64,000 nucleotides of DNA from a virus: the IMG/VR virus record IMGVR_UViG_3300034374_008984, positions 9,652 through 73,651 of that record. One strand, given 5' to 3'. This document shows positions 62,989 through 64,000 of the stretch, piece after piece; the stretch's first letter is position 1; the number at the start of each line of letters is the position of its first letter. The notes under the pieces are model-generated. The model made no database searches, was not told the DNA's origin, and worked only from the letters and a program-made list of their open reading frames with translations. The position numbers and the translations under genes are program-made.

Positions 62989-64000
62989 ATGAGCCTTAAA
63001 GCAAACAACGTCTATCTGATCGCGCTGACAACAGGCGGGACCACCACCCTTGACAACGGGGACGTGACTCTCATGGGATTCACCTCGGACAGCCTGATAG
63101 AGAAAAGCTGCACCAAGTACCTCATCGGAGGCACACAGACACTGACATCCAACTTCATTGTTGCGATGACATCCCCTGCGGACAACACTCTGGTAGAGGT
63201 CTATTGGAGGGCGAGGTGTACACCAGGGGCGTTCACTGCAACGGTTCTCGGGAAGTTGATCCCAGCAGACATCCTCGACAAGGACTTCACGATGAAGTTC
63301 GTTGCCAATGGAGGCTCGTTCTCCCTGCTTGAACTCAACCTCGACCTCTCAAAAGGATCACAGCTTCCTGCTGACAGATTGGTGAACGCAAGCGTGAATA
63401 CAGCGCAGATGACCGACAAGGCCATCACCTATGCGAAGATGCAGGACGTTGGCGCGTACAGTGTCCCCGTCAGGGCATCAGGCACAAGCGGTGTCCTTGC
63501 AGATCTCGCGATGGCGGCCAACTCCATCATTGCCCGTGTTGCGGGGAACATCGTAAACCTCGCAGCGGCCACGAATGGGCATGTTCTCAAGATGACCGCA
63601 GGAGCACTTGGGTTCGCTCAGGTGAACTTCAACGAGTTGGCCGGCACGATAGCCAATTCGCAGATACCCGATAGGGAGCTGGCCCTTGCTAAGATGAACT
63701 CTACGGGCATGCTCGCCTCGCTGACATCCGATGTGGGCACCACTGCCGTGACATCCGAGGAGGTCCTTTTCAGCTACACAATTCCTGCGGGACTGATAGC
63801 GAACAACGGAGAGGGTGTCTCCATAACCGTTGCAGGGACAACCGCTGCAAACGGCCATACAAAGACCATCAAAGTAAAGGTCGGTGGGAATGTCTATGCC
63901 TTGAACTCAGTGACAACGGCCCCTAGCGGGAACAATTGGTTCGCTCAGGTGAAAGTCCTTCGAGGAGGTGCGACAGCAGCAATCGGGGAAGGTTCTCTTG
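62989..64000 (+). CDS. tail fibre-like protein (truncated by window end)
   Basis: Frame open from ATG 62989 to the end; DKAITYAKMQD fibre-type repeat. Confidence 0.7.
   Translation, partial: MSLKANNVYLIALTTGGTTTLDNGDVTLMGFTSDSLIEKSCTKYLIGGTQTLTSNFIVAMTSPADNTLVEVYWRARCTPGAFTATVLGKLIPADILDKDFTMKFVANGGSFSLLELNLDLSKGSQLPADRLVNASVNTAQMTDKAITYAKMQDVGAYSVPVRASGTSGVLADLAMAANSIIARVAGNIVNLAAATNGHVLKMTAGALGFAQVNFNELAGTIANSQIPDRELALAKMNSTGMLASLTSDVGTTAVTSEEVLFSYTIPAGLIANNGEGVSITVAGTTAANGHTKTIKVKVGGNVYALNSVTTAPSGNNWFAQVKVLRGGATAAIGEGSL

Noticed and set aside
1-64000. Stop-codon reassignment as in some crAss-like phages
   Set aside because: Long genes are intact under the standard code, TAA, TAG and TGA all end well-tiled genes, and no canonical suppressor tRNA is present.
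1-64000. Integrase, repressor, DNA polymerase, endolysin or diversity-generating retroelement
   Set aside because: No recognisable motifs occur in this window; they may lie outside it.

Overview
This 64 kb window is part of a lytic-type dsDNA tailed phage genome, most likely infecting Bacteroidota. About 15 intergenic TAnnTTTG promoter motifs support this, and A/C-rich leaders replace Shine-Dalgarno sites. The virion module has a crAss-like/podovirus layout (inferred from gene order and size). From left to right: (1) about 25 small early genes with repeated A/C-rich leaders (1-8.7 kb); (2) a recombination/replication block with an SSB-like protein, PD-(D/E)XK nuclease, initiator-like protein, loader ATPase, C5 methyltransferase and DnaB (8.8-20.5 kb); (3) an RNA region with tRNA-Ala(UGC) and a 189-nt tRNA-like RNA; (4) the terminase large subunit; (5) an AT-rich island of two amino-methyltransferases; (6) portal, scaffold and capsid genes; (7) an inverted DNA-metabolism operon; (8) tail ring/nozzle genes, three putative ejection genes including a 2955-aa GNAT-containing protein, small basic proteins and tail-fibre genes. 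The strongest signal is the 24.4-26.1 kb island. It is built like an integron cassette array, with attC-like hairpins and perfectly complementary GTT/AAC core sites, but no integrase is present in the window. A second, different cassette type is nested in the loop of one hairpin. All product calls rest on motifs, synteny and recall; no database searches were run.
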